A stretch of 64,000 bases of DNA from Qipengyuania sp. (lineage in GTDB: Bacteria > Pseudomonadota > Alphaproteobacteria > Sphingomonadales > Sphingomonadaceae). Of the stretch, positions 10,860-19,788 are shown in pieces. The stretch spans positions 118,579-182,578 of the forward strand of contig NZ_CAXQVB010000006.1 in the NCBI RefSeq assembly GCF_964227205.1, written 5' to 3'. Position numbers and translations under genes: made by a program. Numbering within the stretch: position 1 is the first letter of the stretch; the number at the start of each line of letters is the position of its first letter. Below the pieces are notes generated by a model. That model did not search any database, was not told where the DNA came from, and worked only from the letters and a program-made list of their open reading frames with translations.

Positions 10860-10876
10860 ACGACCTGCTCGAGGCC

Positions 10877-12049
10877 ATGAAGTCGGTACGTCCACTCCGT
10901 CTAATTCTCTCGACGATAGCCGGTTTGGCTCTTGCGATTGGCCTTGCAGCGCAATCTGCCGGTCTTGCCCTGACACACAAAACACCCGGAACTGCGTTAT
11001 CGTTGTTTCCGCTGAACGGCCGGGCTGAGGAAGAACTTGCTTCCCTGACGTTCGTCTCGGCAGCCGAAGGGGAGGATTCCAAGGAGGTTGACGCACCCAG
11101 AGCTAAAGACAGAGCTCTGGCGGCATACCGACGTGAACCCCTTGCGCCGGAAGCGCATGCAATTCTTGCGTTGGCCGAACAGGATGAAAAGGTTCAGTCG
11201 GAAATCGTGAGCGTCGCAGCGCGATTGAACCGAAGGAACTCAAGGCTCCAAGCGGTTGTCCTCCAAGGGCAAGTGGTCAACCAGGATTACCCGGGAGCTA
11301 TAGCGACGTTGGACAGGATTTTGCGTGTCCGACCCTCGCGATCCCCCGAACTGTTTCCGACACTGCTGCCGGTGTTTGCTAGAGAAGGTGCAGTCGATGA
11401 ATTCGCTCGAATACTCGACGGTAGCTCGCTTTGGCATGAAACTTTCTTCCGCTATGCGGTCAGGCAGCCCGCGGCACTTTTAAACCTTGTTGAATTGCGC
11501 AAGCGAGTCTCATTCCACGACCAAGAACTGGACCAAACTCTTTTAAAAAATCTCGTGCTCGAAGACGAACTCGATGTCGCCTACAAATTTTACAAGCGAC
11601 TGGGTGAGGAAGGGCAATCCAGCAAAAGCGACGGCGCACTCGATTGGAATACGATGTATCCGCCTTTCGATTGGAAATTGACTGATCGGGCAGGTCTCCG
11701 GGCTCAACCAAGTCGAACTTCGGCGGAACTCGAAATTTCTGCGAAACCCGGTGAAGGGGGCGTCGTGGCTCGACGGCTCATAAAGACTCCCGAAGGACCC
11801 TTCGTATTTGGTGTGGAACACGACATCAAGTCTGAACAAGCATTGCAGGATATAGACGTAGGTCTTTACTGCGGAACTGCGGGTAAATCTGTGATATTGG
11901 ATCGAAGCCTTGCAAATCTGAAGCGCGAGTTCGAGATAAAGAAGCTGCCTGCATCCTGCTCGTTCGTAGAATTGGTCATAGAGGCGAGGGCTTGGTCGGG
12001 GCGTTCTGCGCTCGATGCGAAAATTAAGTCGATCAGGCTCCGGCACTGA
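10877..12049 (+). CDS. Hypothetical membrane-anchored protein of the EPS operon (helical/TPR-like middle)
   Basis: 390 aa ORF 17 bp after wzc, N-terminal hydrophobic segment; no family recognised. Confidence 0.7.
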   Translation: MKSVRPLRLILSTIAGLALAIGLAAQSAGLALTHKTPGTALSLFPLNGRAEEELASLTFVSAAEGEDSKEVDAPRAKDRALAAYRREPLAPEAHAILALAEQDEKVQSEIVSVAARLNRRNSRLQAVVLQGQVVNQDYPGAIATLDRILRVRPSRSPELFPTLLPVFAREGAVDEFARILDGSSLWHETFFRYAVRQPAALLNLVELRKRVSFHDQELDQTLLKNLVLEDELDVAYKFYKRLGEEGQSSKSDGALDWNTMYPPFDWKLTDRAGLRAQPSRTSAELEISAKPGEGGVVARRLIKTPEGPFVFGVEHDIKSEQALQDIDVGLYCGTAGKSVILDRSLANLKREFEIKKLPASCSFVELVIEARAWSGRSALDAKIKSIRLRH

Positions 12050-12387
12050 TCGACAAGCGCCAACTGTCTAGTACGAGGCAGGGCTGCATTGGGGCTGCAT
12101 ATGATGCTTTGCTCGATGGGGACCGGATCTCTGCCGATCGTTCTTTGGCAAGCAAATGAATGCAGCACCAGCTCCCATCCCGTGCCTTGAGGTCGGTTGC
12201 GAGCGCGTATGTCTCAGATTCCAGTGTGAAGGCCATGCACTTAGGCGGGTTATGTCCGATCGCCTAACGCCGTTTGCAAAAGCGGCTGCGACTATCTGCC
12301 GACGTTCGAGACGCTCTGATCTCCAGCCTAGTCCTTTTGGTGGATACGGCCAGCCAACGGCTCAGGTCTCAATCCAATGCCGACCAC

Positions 12388-12420
12388 AAAAAAGCCCGCC
12401 GATCCGGCGGGCTTTTTCTT
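12388..12420. terminator. Bidirectional intrinsic terminator downstream of tRNA-Val
   Basis: aaaaaagcccgcc-gatcc-ggcgggcttttt. Confidence 0.9.
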
Positions 12421-12437
12421 GCCTCGAGAGGCTTCGA

Positions 12438-12512
12438 TGGTGGGCGTACCAAGGTTCGAACTTGGGACCCCTACGATGTCAACATAGTGCTCTACCACTG
12501 AGCTATACGCCC
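12438..12512 (-). tRNA. tRNA-Val(GAC)
   Basis: Reverse complement GGGCGTATAGCTCAGTGGTAGAGCACTATGTTGACATCGTAGGGGTCCCAAGTTCGAACCTTGGTACGCCCACCA; 75 nt, TTC T-loop, encoded CCA. Confidence 0.97.
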
Positions 12513-12546
12513 GCACCATCGTCCGCCCCTCGCGGGGTAGGCGGGC

Positions 12547-12575
12547 CCTTTAGCGAGGCTTGGAAAACCGCGCAA
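12547..12575 (-). promoter_or_regulatory. Probable sigma70 promoter of tRNA-Val
   Basis: Minus strand TTGCGC-N17-TAAAGG. Confidence 0.5.
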
Positions 12576-12589
12576 GGCCCTAATCGCAC

Positions 12590-12982
12590 TTAATACAGGC
12601 GCGCGCCGACAGGGTCCTCCAACACGCGTTCGACCTCGAGCACGAGGTCGCGCAAATGAAACGGTTTCGACAGCACTTTGGCGTGCGGCTGCTCCCGGCT
12701 TGCCTTGAGCGTCACCGCGGCAAAGCCGGTGATGAACATGACTTTAGTGTCGGGACTAACCTCGTTGCAGCGCTGGGCCAGTTCGATCCCGTCCATCTCG
12801 GGCATTACGATATCCGACAGCAGAAGGTCGTAGCTGCCGTCTTCGAGAAGCGGGACGGCATCGGTACCCCGATCGACCGAATCGACGACGTAACCGGCAT
12901 TGCCGAGTGCGCGCGCCAGGTAAACGCGCATGGCGTCGTCATCCTCGGCCAGAAGAATTCGGGGGGGCTGGTTTTGCGTCAT
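12590..12982 (-). CDS. cpdR: Single-domain response regulator CpdR
   Basis: RILLAEDDDAMR, LLSDIVMPEMDGIELA, VMFITGFAAV, KVLSKPFHLRDLVLEVER; conserved position next to tRNA-Val. Confidence 0.92.
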   Translation of the reverse strand: MTQNQPPRILLAEDDDAMRVYLARALGNAGYVVDSVDRGTDAVPLLEDGSYDLLLSDIVMPEMDGIELAQRCNEVSPDTKVMFITGFAAVTLKASREQPHAKVLSKPFHLRDLVLEVERVLEDPVGARLY

Positions 12983-13181
12983 CGCGCATGTCTAGCGCGG
13001 GGGCTTTAAAAAAGCATGTATCCAAAACGATCATTGTTAACGTGGGGGCAGGTGCAGGGGCGGGGCGGTCCCCGGGGGCCGGCGGTGGCGGCCCCGATGT
13101 GGGGTGGAGTGGGCGCGAAGATCGGGCGGCGCGAGCCACTCCGGACTTGATTAATGCGGGCACGCCCCCGACGATGCGGCC

Positions 13182-14132
13182 ATGACCGAAACGCCGACGG
13201 AATCGATGGCGAGTGCCCTGCATCTGTCCGGCGGAGACATCCCCGGAGGGCCGGGGCCATCGTACCGGCTCTGGCGATTCGGCGGCAACACGATACCGGT
13301 TCTACTTGCAGTCCCGCACAGCGGGCGTGCCTACCCCGAAAGCACGCTCGCATCGTTGCGTGCACCAGACGAAGCGCGTCTGCGTCTGGAAGACCGTTAC
13401 ATCGATGCGGTTGCCTACCCGGTGGCTGCTGCCAACGCCGCCGGTCTCTTGCTGGCGCAGGCGCCGCGCGCGATGATCGACCTCAACCGATCGGTCGATG
13501 ATATAGATTGGGGCATGATCAAGGGCTCCAAGCCGAAGCCCCTGCGGCATTCGCTGGCGAATCGCCGCTCGCGCAGCGGGCTCGGCCTTGTCCCCCGACG
13601 CATTCCCGGAATGGGGGAACTCTGGCGCCGGCCTTTGGCAAGGACCGAGCTCGACGCCTGGATCGCCGGGATCTACCAGCCTTACCATACCGCGCTGGGC
13701 GGCGAGCTTGAGCGCCTTCGCGATCGCTCGGGCGTCGCCCTGCTAATCGATCTCCATTCGATGCCTCCGCTCAAGCCTCACCACCCGCAGGACCGGCCGG
13801 CAGAATTCGTCATCGGCGATCGTTTCGGCGCGTCCTGCGATCCCGGCCTGGTCGATCTGGCGCTGCGCTATCTCGCAAATCATGGCCGGCGCGTGGCACA
13901 TAACCGGCCCTATTCGGGGGGATATGTGCTCGACCGCTATGGCCAGACGGTGCGGGGAATCCATGCGCTGCAGATCGAAGTGTGCCGCAGCACCTATCTC
14001 GATGCACGGCTCGACCAGCCCAGCGCGCGCCTGCCCGCGATCGTGAAGCTTCTGGCAGGCCTTGTGCGTACGCTGGGTGCGGAAGCCGCGACTATGGCGC
14101 GCCGCGGCCCCATCGCCCAAGCCGCCGAATAG
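13182..14132 (+). CDS. N-formylglutamate amidohydrolase family protein
   Basis: VPHSGRAYP, RAMIDLNR, LIDLHSMP, IGDRFGASC, NRPYSGGY, HALQIEVCR; divergent from cpdR. Confidence 0.88.
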   Translation: MTETPTESMASALHLSGGDIPGGPGPSYRLWRFGGNTIPVLLAVPHSGRAYPESTLASLRAPDEARLRLEDRYIDAVAYPVAAANAAGLLLAQAPRAMIDLNRSVDDIDWGMIKGSKPKPLRHSLANRRSRSGLGLVPRRIPGMGELWRRPLARTELDAWIAGIYQPYHTALGGELERLRDRSGVALLIDLHSMPPLKPHHPQDRPAEFVIGDRFGASCDPGLVDLALRYLANHGRRVAHNRPYSGGYVLDRYGQTVRGIHALQIEVCRSTYLDARLDQPSARLPAIVKLLAGLVRTLGAEAATMARRGPIAQAAE

Positions 14133-14140
14133 CCGGGTAC

Positions 14141-14246
14141 AAAAAACCACCCCGCGCAATCTGCGCGAGGTGGCCAAGGTTCAGGGAGGAAATGCACTCA
14201 CGTGCATCTGCCGGGAAGGGCCATGAGGGGAAGCCCGTCCGGCACG
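14141..14246 (-). ncRNA. alpha-r8/SuhB-family (GsrN/MmgR-like) small RNA; 5' end estimated
   Basis: Minus strand ...gcaTTTCCTCCCTgaaccttggccacctcgcgcagattgcgcggggtggTTTTTT: family 10-mer followed by a terminator. Confidence 0.72.
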
Positions 14247-14250
14247 ATTG

Positions 14251-14279
14251 AAATGGGGCTGACGTCTTTCGATTTCAAG
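14251..14279 (-). promoter_or_regulatory. RpoH (sigma32)-like promoter for the sRNA
   Basis: Minus strand CTTGAA-N15-CCCCATTT. Confidence 0.55.
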
Positions 14280-14329
14280 TCTGTGGCAGCCGCAACCTTG
14301 GCACGGTTCAACGTGAAATATGCGCGTTT

Positions 14330-15169
14330 CTAGGTGGCGAGGTCACAGGGGGGAGGCGGTTGGGCGATCAGCAGCAGGCAATCGCCCTCCATGCGTTGCT
14401 GACCGAGGTTTGACGCCAGCGCACATTCGCCCAATGCCAAGGTCTGGCCATCGATCGAAATTTGGCCGGAGAAAGGGATGAGCAGGGCGGGGCCATCTTC
14501 CAGCGAAGGCTGTGGACCAGAGGCGGCTATGCGACAGTAGGTCAGGCGAAAATGGGGGCCGTCGACCAGTACACCGCTTTCGCAATCCATTTGGCTACGA
14601 AACTTCGATGGATATGGGCCCGTGTCGGCCACTTTCATGGCCTGTTCGAGATGTAACTCGCGTGGTCGACCATAGTCGAAGAGGCGGAATGTGATGTCGC
14701 TGTTTTGCTGGACTTCGATCAGGCTGACACCACCGCCAATTGCGTGCACCGTGCCGGCGGGGATAAAGAATGCGTCTCCAGAGCGTACTTCGTGCCAAAC
14801 GAGCTGATCGACGATGCTTCCGTCGAGGGCCGCTTCACGCATTTCAGACGGAGTAATCTTATTCCGGAAGCCGGCCGCGATCGTCGCTCCCGGCTCCGAG
14901 TCAAGGATCACCCAACACTCGCTCTTGCCATTGCGCCCAACGTTCATGGATCGCGCCTGGGTGTCATCCGGATGGGCCTGAACCGAAAGGCGCTCACTGG
15001 CGAAAATATGTTTGACCAGTAGCGTATCGAATTCGGCGGGGGGATCGAACCAGACTTCGCCGATCCGTTTGCCCGCCGGTTGGGGGGGGAAGGGAGGCGG
15101 CAGGCTCTCTACACCCCATACCTTCTCGACAAAGGTGCTCGACAATTTGCGGATTACGGGTTCTTGCAT
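14330..15169 (-). CDS. manA: Mannose-6-phosphate isomerase, class I
   Basis: EKVWG, ERLSVQAHP, GKSECW, PAGTVHAIG, EVQQNSDITFRLFDYGRPRELH. Confidence 0.9.
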   Translation of the reverse strand: MQEPVIRKLSSTFVEKVWGVESLPPPFPPQPAGKRIGEVWFDPPAEFDTLLVKHIFASERLSVQAHPDDTQARSMNVGRNGKSECWVILDSEPGATIAAGFRNKITPSEMREAALDGSIVDQLVWHEVRSGDAFFIPAGTVHAIGGGVSLIEVQQNSDITFRLFDYGRPRELHLEQAMKVADTGPYPSKFRSQMDCESGVLVDGPHFRLTYCRIAASGPQPSLEDGPALLIPFSGQISIDGQTLALGECALASNLGQQRMEGDCLLLIAQPPPPCDLAT

Positions 15170-16203
15170 CGGCTTGCCTCACCTACTCGCTGTACTGCGC
15201 TCCGCGCAGTGACGAGCACATCGTCACCATCCACAACGATCACGACGTCGTCGGCTCCAATAAGCGTGACATGGGGACCATCACTATCGATCATCGATCC
15301 TTGAGCCCCGATGATCTCTCCGGGCCCGATGATGACATTGCTGTCGGCGCCAGCCTTGCGCTCAGCGTAGAGAGCGTCCCAATTGCCGATGTCCGACCAG
15401 CCCATGGAAACATCAACCATCGCGGCGCGGTCGGTGTTTTCCATGATCGCGTAGTCGACTGACTCCTTCTCAACCTTGGCGAAGCTCTCCGCATCGGGGC
15501 GGATGTCCTCGCTATTCGCGTCGCGCCGCGCGTATGCAGCGCGCACTTTTTCGGCCATGTCGGGACGGTGGCGTTCAAGTTCTGCCAGGAAGAAACCCGC
15601 TCGGAAGGCAAATATGCCGCCATTCCAAGCATAATTTCCCTCCGCGAGGAATTGCAGAGCGGTTTCGAGGTCGGGCTTTTCGACAAAGCTGTGTACCCGG
15701 TAACCACCACCAAGCGGTTCGCCTCTTCGAATATAGCCATAGCCCGTTTCGGGTGCGGTGGCCGCAATGCCGAATGCAACGAGCCAGTCCTCGCTCGCGA
15801 TCTCCGCTGCCGATTGCGCTGCGGCACGGAAGGCCTGTGTATCGATGATATGGTGGTCGCTCGGGCAAACAAGCATGACTTCGTTCGGATCGAGCGCCAG
15901 GGCCGCGAGCGCGATGGCAGGAGCCGTATTGCGGCCCATGGGTTCCACGACGAACCGAGCGTCAGGGGCGGTCTCAGAAGTTTGCGGCTTCGCAAATTCG
16001 AGATGCTTTTCGCCGACCACCACGATGGGGGGCGAAAACTGGGTCCTATCCGTACAGCGCGCAATGGTCGCCTGAAACAGTGTTTGGTCGCCAAGCAGAG
16101 GGATGAAAGGTTTCGGTTTGGTCGATCGGCTCCGCGGCCAAAGGCGGGTTCCACTGCCGCCGCAAAGTATTACCGGTACGATATTTATCAAAGCTTGCTC
16201 CAT
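15154..16203 (-). CDS. manC: Mannose-1-phosphate guanylyltransferase (no C-terminal cupin)
   Basis: PVILCGGSGTRLWPRSR, EPMGRNTAPAI, PSDH, ETGYGYI, FVEKP, SVDYAIME, GWSDIGNW. Confidence 0.93.
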   Translation of the reverse strand: MEQALINIVPVILCGGSGTRLWPRSRSTKPKPFIPLLGDQTLFQATIARCTDRTQFSPPIVVVGEKHLEFAKPQTSETAPDARFVVEPMGRNTAPAIALAALALDPNEVMLVCPSDHHIIDTQAFRAAAQSAAEIASEDWLVAFGIAATAPETGYGYIRRGEPLGGGYRVHSFVEKPDLETALQFLAEGNYAWNGGIFAFRAGFFLAELERHRPDMAEKVRAAYARRDANSEDIRPDAESFAKVEKESVDYAIMENTDRAAMVDVSMGWSDIGNWDALYAERKAGADSNVIIGPGEIIGAQGSMIDSDGPHVTLIGADDVVIVVDGDDVLVTARSAVQRVGEASRCKNP

Positions 16204-16286
16204 CCGACTTTCGGCGGGGTCCTGCCAGATCATACAAGCTATGGTAAGTCAGAATTGCCAGGGATCGGATTCAGGTGTCCATTGGC

Positions 16287-17315
16287 CTACTTATCCGCAA
16301 GTTTCGCCGACAACTCGCTTTCGAAATTTCGGGACCAGTCGGCCTTGCCGCCGGTATCGATCGCAGCCTCGATTTTCGGCAGTTCGGCCGCGATGAACTC
16401 GACGCGTTCGTCCCAGCCGTCGTGGTCGCGCGATCGGAATATCCACCCGCCATGCCTGGGCCCCCAGGTGCGCATGAACCGCACAGCCGCGCTTGGGTCG
16501 TATCCGGCATTCTCGAGTAGCCACGGCATCAGGCGATCGGCATCGCGCTCGGAAAGGCGCACCAGCCTCCGCTTCCAGCCGATCTCGCGGAAGGTTTGCG
16601 GGTGCCGCAGGATGTTGTGCGCCATTTCGTGGGCGATCGCTGCGGCGAAGGCGGCTTCGTCATAGGCGAGGCCGGGAAATTTCTCGCCAACGAGCACGCG
16701 TTTGCCGTCGGCCGCGGCGTTGGCCTTCGAATCCACCAATTCGAAGCGCGTCGGGCAGGCTGGGACTCCGTCGATCATGGCCGTCCTGGGCGGCTCGGCC
16801 TGAGTTTGCCAGGTAATTTCGACCGGGCCGCGCGCCAATGCCGCGTCGATCGCGTCACGCAAGGCGAAGGATCGCTGCCAGCGCGGATCGGTTCTGGGCC
16901 AGTGGTCTGCGATCAACTTGCCGTCAATGGCCAGGATAGTGTCGTTCTGGCGGATGCCGGCCAGTGCGGCGGGCGATTGCGGCGCGACTGCCTGGACGCC
17001 GATGTCGTCGCTCAGATGGAACAGCCTGCGCACGGCTGCGGGATCGCCGTAACTGTCGGCGTCGTGAATCAGCAGGCCGGAAACCTTGATCGCCCGGTCG
17101 CAGAATGGAGCATTGGCCGTCGCCAGGCGATAGCCAAGCTGGAACAGCCGCGTTTCGCTTTGCTGGAATAATTCGAGAGGTGGCGGTGTGCGGTCTGCCG
17201 TATCGATGGTCCTTTCGGCCAAGGCAGGGCCGGCCAGCGCCGCCGACAAAAGCGTCGGCAGCAGCAACCGCAAGAGGAACAGGCGCGCGCGGATCGTTTT
17301 GAACCGCGCGCGCAT
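16287..17315 (-). CDS. Secreted PDZ-domain protein with HExxH (M48-like) motif
   Basis: Signal peptide ...AALAGPALA; SPAALAGIRQNDTILAIDG (PDZ); NAAADG and AHEMAH; start uncertain. Confidence 0.72.
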   Translation of the reverse strand: MRARFKTIRARLFLLRLLLPTLLSAALAGPALAERTIDTADRTPPPLELFQQSETRLFQLGYRLATANAPFCDRAIKVSGLLIHDADSYGDPAAVRRLFHLSDDIGVQAVAPQSPAALAGIRQNDTILAIDGKLIADHWPRTDPRWQRSFALRDAIDAALARGPVEITWQTQAEPPRTAMIDGVPACPTRFELVDSKANAAADGKRVLVGEKFPGLAYDEAAFAAAIAHEMAHNILRHPQTFREIGWKRRLVRLSERDADRLMPWLLENAGYDPSAAVRFMRTWGPRHGGWIFRSRDHDGWDERVEFIAAELPKIEAAIDTGGKADWSRNFESELSAKLADK

Positions 17316-17325
17316 GCTTGCCGGC

Positions 17326-18114
17326 TTAGGCAGTCGGGACACCGGCGGTCGCGGCATCGGGCAGGGGAACCTTGCCCTGCTGGAGCTGGCGGCCGAAGAT
17401 GGTACGCATCATGTCCATCGAGAAGATCTGCGCCCAGATCAGCGGCAGCAGGCCATTTTCGCTCCACTTGCGCAGCTGGTCGCCCCGCAGCTCGCGCAGC
17501 TTATCCTGATTGATCATCTGGAAGCCGCGATAGACGAAGGGCTTGTCATTGCCTTCCTGCGTGATCGAGATTTCGCCTTCCATCAGCAGGTCGTGATCCT
17601 TCAGTTCCTTCATGAAGGCCTGCGTGCGCTGGCCTGCCTGCTCGAACTGCTCGCAGAATTCGAGGATCTGCCTGGTACCTTCGCTCGGCTCGTCACCGTC
17701 GAACAGCGGCTGGCCGTCCTCGAACTCGCCGATGTTGTCGGCGGTGGGGTCGAAGCACAGCGAAAGCTCGTCGCCGTCGGGCTTGAGGCGCGCGAGCATG
17801 AAGGGATAGCGGCGAACATAGGCCGGAATGTAGACCTGCTCGGTAACGGTGCCTTCCTCGTCGACGAAGGTGTTCACGCCGTCATTGAGGCCCATCAGCG
17901 CCAGCGGAACGGCATCGGGGCCGGTCGAGAAGACGATCGGCAGGTCGCGCTGTGCCTGGACGAATTCGTCGACCGTCAGCGGCACGGCGTGCTGCTTGGC
18001 AAGCCAGGGGGCCTTGCTCACCGGACGCGAACGAAGGTTCGCGTGGTCCTTGCGGTTGAGCGGCATGAGGTCGTTGAAGAACAGGGGCAAGTTGGGCTGC
18101 GGCGCGCTGGCCAT
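17326..18114 (-). CDS. SapC family protein
   Basis: HAVPLTVDEF, PLALMGL, YIPAYVRRYPFML, GLLPLIWAQIFSM. Confidence 0.85.
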   Translation of the reverse strand: MASAPQPNLPLFFNDLMPLNRKDHANLRSRPVSKAPWLAKQHAVPLTVDEFVQAQRDLPIVFSTGPDAVPLALMGLNDGVNTFVDEEGTVTEQVYIPAYVRRYPFMLARLKPDGDELSLCFDPTADNIGEFEDGQPLFDGDEPSEGTRQILEFCEQFEQAGQRTQAFMKELKDHDLLMEGEISITQEGNDKPFVYRGFQMINQDKLRELRGDQLRKWSENGLLPLIWAQIFSMDMMRTIFGRQLQQGKVPLPDAATAGVPTA

Positions 18115-18180
18115 GGATCTCTCCGAAATTCGATTGGATTGGGCGACATGCCCAGGAGGCATACGCGCGAAGCGCGGGCT

Positions 18181-19629
18181 TTACGGCGTTGCGGGCTGGG
18201 GTGCAAGCGGGACGAGTTTGCCCGGATTAAGTATCCCCAGCGGGTCGAGCGTCCGCTTGATGGAGCGCATCAGAGCGAGCGATACGGGATCGCCAAGGCG
18301 GGCGAGCTCCTCGCGTTTCACCTGACCGATGCCGTGCTCGGCGCTGATCGACCCACCGAATTCGGTGACGCGGTTATAGACATAGGCGCTGATCGCCTTG
18401 CCCTCGCTTGCCTCCCATTTCCCGCGCGTCGCGCCCCTCGGGGCGAGCACGTGGAAATGGATGTTGCCGTCGCCGAGATGGCCGAATCCGATCGCCCGCG
18501 TGCCGGGGAAACGGTCCTCGACCTGAGGCGAGACGGTTTCGACGAATTCGGCCATCCGCGCTACCGGTACCGAAATATCATGCTGCATTGCCGGCCCGAT
18601 GGCGCGCTCGGCCGGGGCGATGCTGTCGCGCAGTTGCCAAAAGGCTTCGGCCTGGGTTTCGCTGGTGGCGATTACGGCATCTTCCACGAGCCCGCGCTCC
18701 ATCGCGCCGGCGAAGACCGTTTCGACCAGGCCGTCGAGCTTGTCTGCCCCCTCGGCCGTTTCGACGAGTTCAACCAGCGCATGCCAGGCATGCTCGCCCG
18801 AAAGCGGACTGCGCGCATCGGGTAGGTGGGCGAGGACCGACTGCAGGCAATGCGCAGGAAGCACTTCGAACCCCTCGAGTGCCTCGCCCGCGGTTTCTTC
18901 GCAGTGAAGCAGAAGTTGGCGCGCAGCGGAAATGCTGGGGAGCCCGATCCAGGCGACGCGGCGCTCGCCGATCGCGGGCAGAAGGCGCAGCGTGGCGGCG
19001 GTGACAATTCCCAGCGTGCCCTCCGAACCGATCAGCAGCTGTTTGAGGTCGAAACCGCGATTGTCCTTCTTGAGCGGAACGAGGCTCGAGAAGATCGCGC
19101 CATCGGCGAGCACCGCCTCGATCCCGAGCACCTGGGCGCGCATCGTGCCATGGCGAAGGACCTGCGTACCGCCGGCGTTGGTCGAGATGAGCCCCCCGAT
19201 CGTTGCCGAGCCCTTGCCGCCCAGCGTCAACGGAAAGCGCAGCCCTTCCGCCTCGACCTTCTCGTGCAGGGTCTGCAGGATGACGCCCGCATCACAGGTG
19301 ATCTGGCGCGCGGCGCGATCGAAATCGCGGATCGCATCCATCCGGCGGAGCGAGAGGACCACGCTGGCACCGCTTTCGTCGGGCGTGGCACCCCCCGACA
19401 TTCCGCTATTGCCGCCCTGGGGGACGATCGGGACTTGGTGCTCGGCACAGAGCCGCACGAACATGGCCACTTCGCGGGTCGAGGCCGGGGAGGCCATGCC
19501 CACCGCCTTGCCGGTATAGCGGCCGCGCCAGTCGGTCAGCCAGGGCTCGACCAGTTCAGGGTCGCTGGTGAAGCCGCGCTGGCCGAGCAGTTCGGTGGCG
19601 GCGTGCCGGAAGGATTCGAGCTCGGTCAT
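18181..19629 (-). CDS. FAD-binding oxidoreductase (GlcD/D-2-hydroxyacid dehydrogenase-like)
   Basis: VPQGGNSG, IGGLISTNAGG, KDNRGFDL, GSEGTLGIVT, GHLGDGNIH, SAEHGIG, NPGK. Confidence 0.88.
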   Translation of the reverse strand: MTELESFRHAATELLGQRGFTSDPELVEPWLTDWRGRYTGKAVGMASPASTREVAMFVRLCAEHQVPIVPQGGNSGMSGGATPDESGASVVLSLRRMDAIRDFDRAARQITCDAGVILQTLHEKVEAEGLRFPLTLGGKGSATIGGLISTNAGGTQVLRHGTMRAQVLGIEAVLADGAIFSSLVPLKKDNRGFDLKQLLIGSEGTLGIVTAATLRLLPAIGERRVAWIGLPSISAARQLLLHCEETAGEALEGFEVLPAHCLQSVLAHLPDARSPLSGEHAWHALVELVETAEGADKLDGLVETVFAGAMERGLVEDAVIATSETQAEAFWQLRDSIAPAERAIGPAMQHDISVPVARMAEFVETVSPQVEDRFPGTRAIGFGHLGDGNIHFHVLAPRGATRGKWEASEGKAISAYVYNRVTEFGGSISAEHGIGQVKREELARLGDPVSLALMRSIKRTLDPLGILNPGKLVPLAPQPATP

Positions 19630-19788
19630 GGCCGCCATCTTGCCACAGCCCGGCCGGCGATTGCCACCACTTGCCATCGTACCCAGAATAATTAAGCCCG
19701 CATTCAAGCATTGGAAGGCAAGGGCCAACTCCGTCGTTTTTCCGCTTGCACCCGCGATCCGCGACGAAGGAGCGTTCGTAGACAGCCC

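Noticed and set aside
12033-12236. 67-aa minus-strand ORF as a gene
   Set aside because: No motif or clear RBS, and it overlaps the convergent gene end.
12338-12460. attL/attR duplication of the tRNA-Val 3' end
   Set aside because: Only TGGTGG is shared (near 12339); too short, and no integrase in the window.
13026-13041. Full CtrA box at cpdR
   Set aside because: Only the GTTAAC half-site is present; no TTAA at the 7-nt spacing on either strand.
14299-14313. sigma54 promoter at TGGCACG
   Set aside because: The -12 position reads CG, not GC.
17188-18825. 545-aa plus-strand ORF
   Set aside because: Antisense shadow of SapC and the FAD oxidoreductase.
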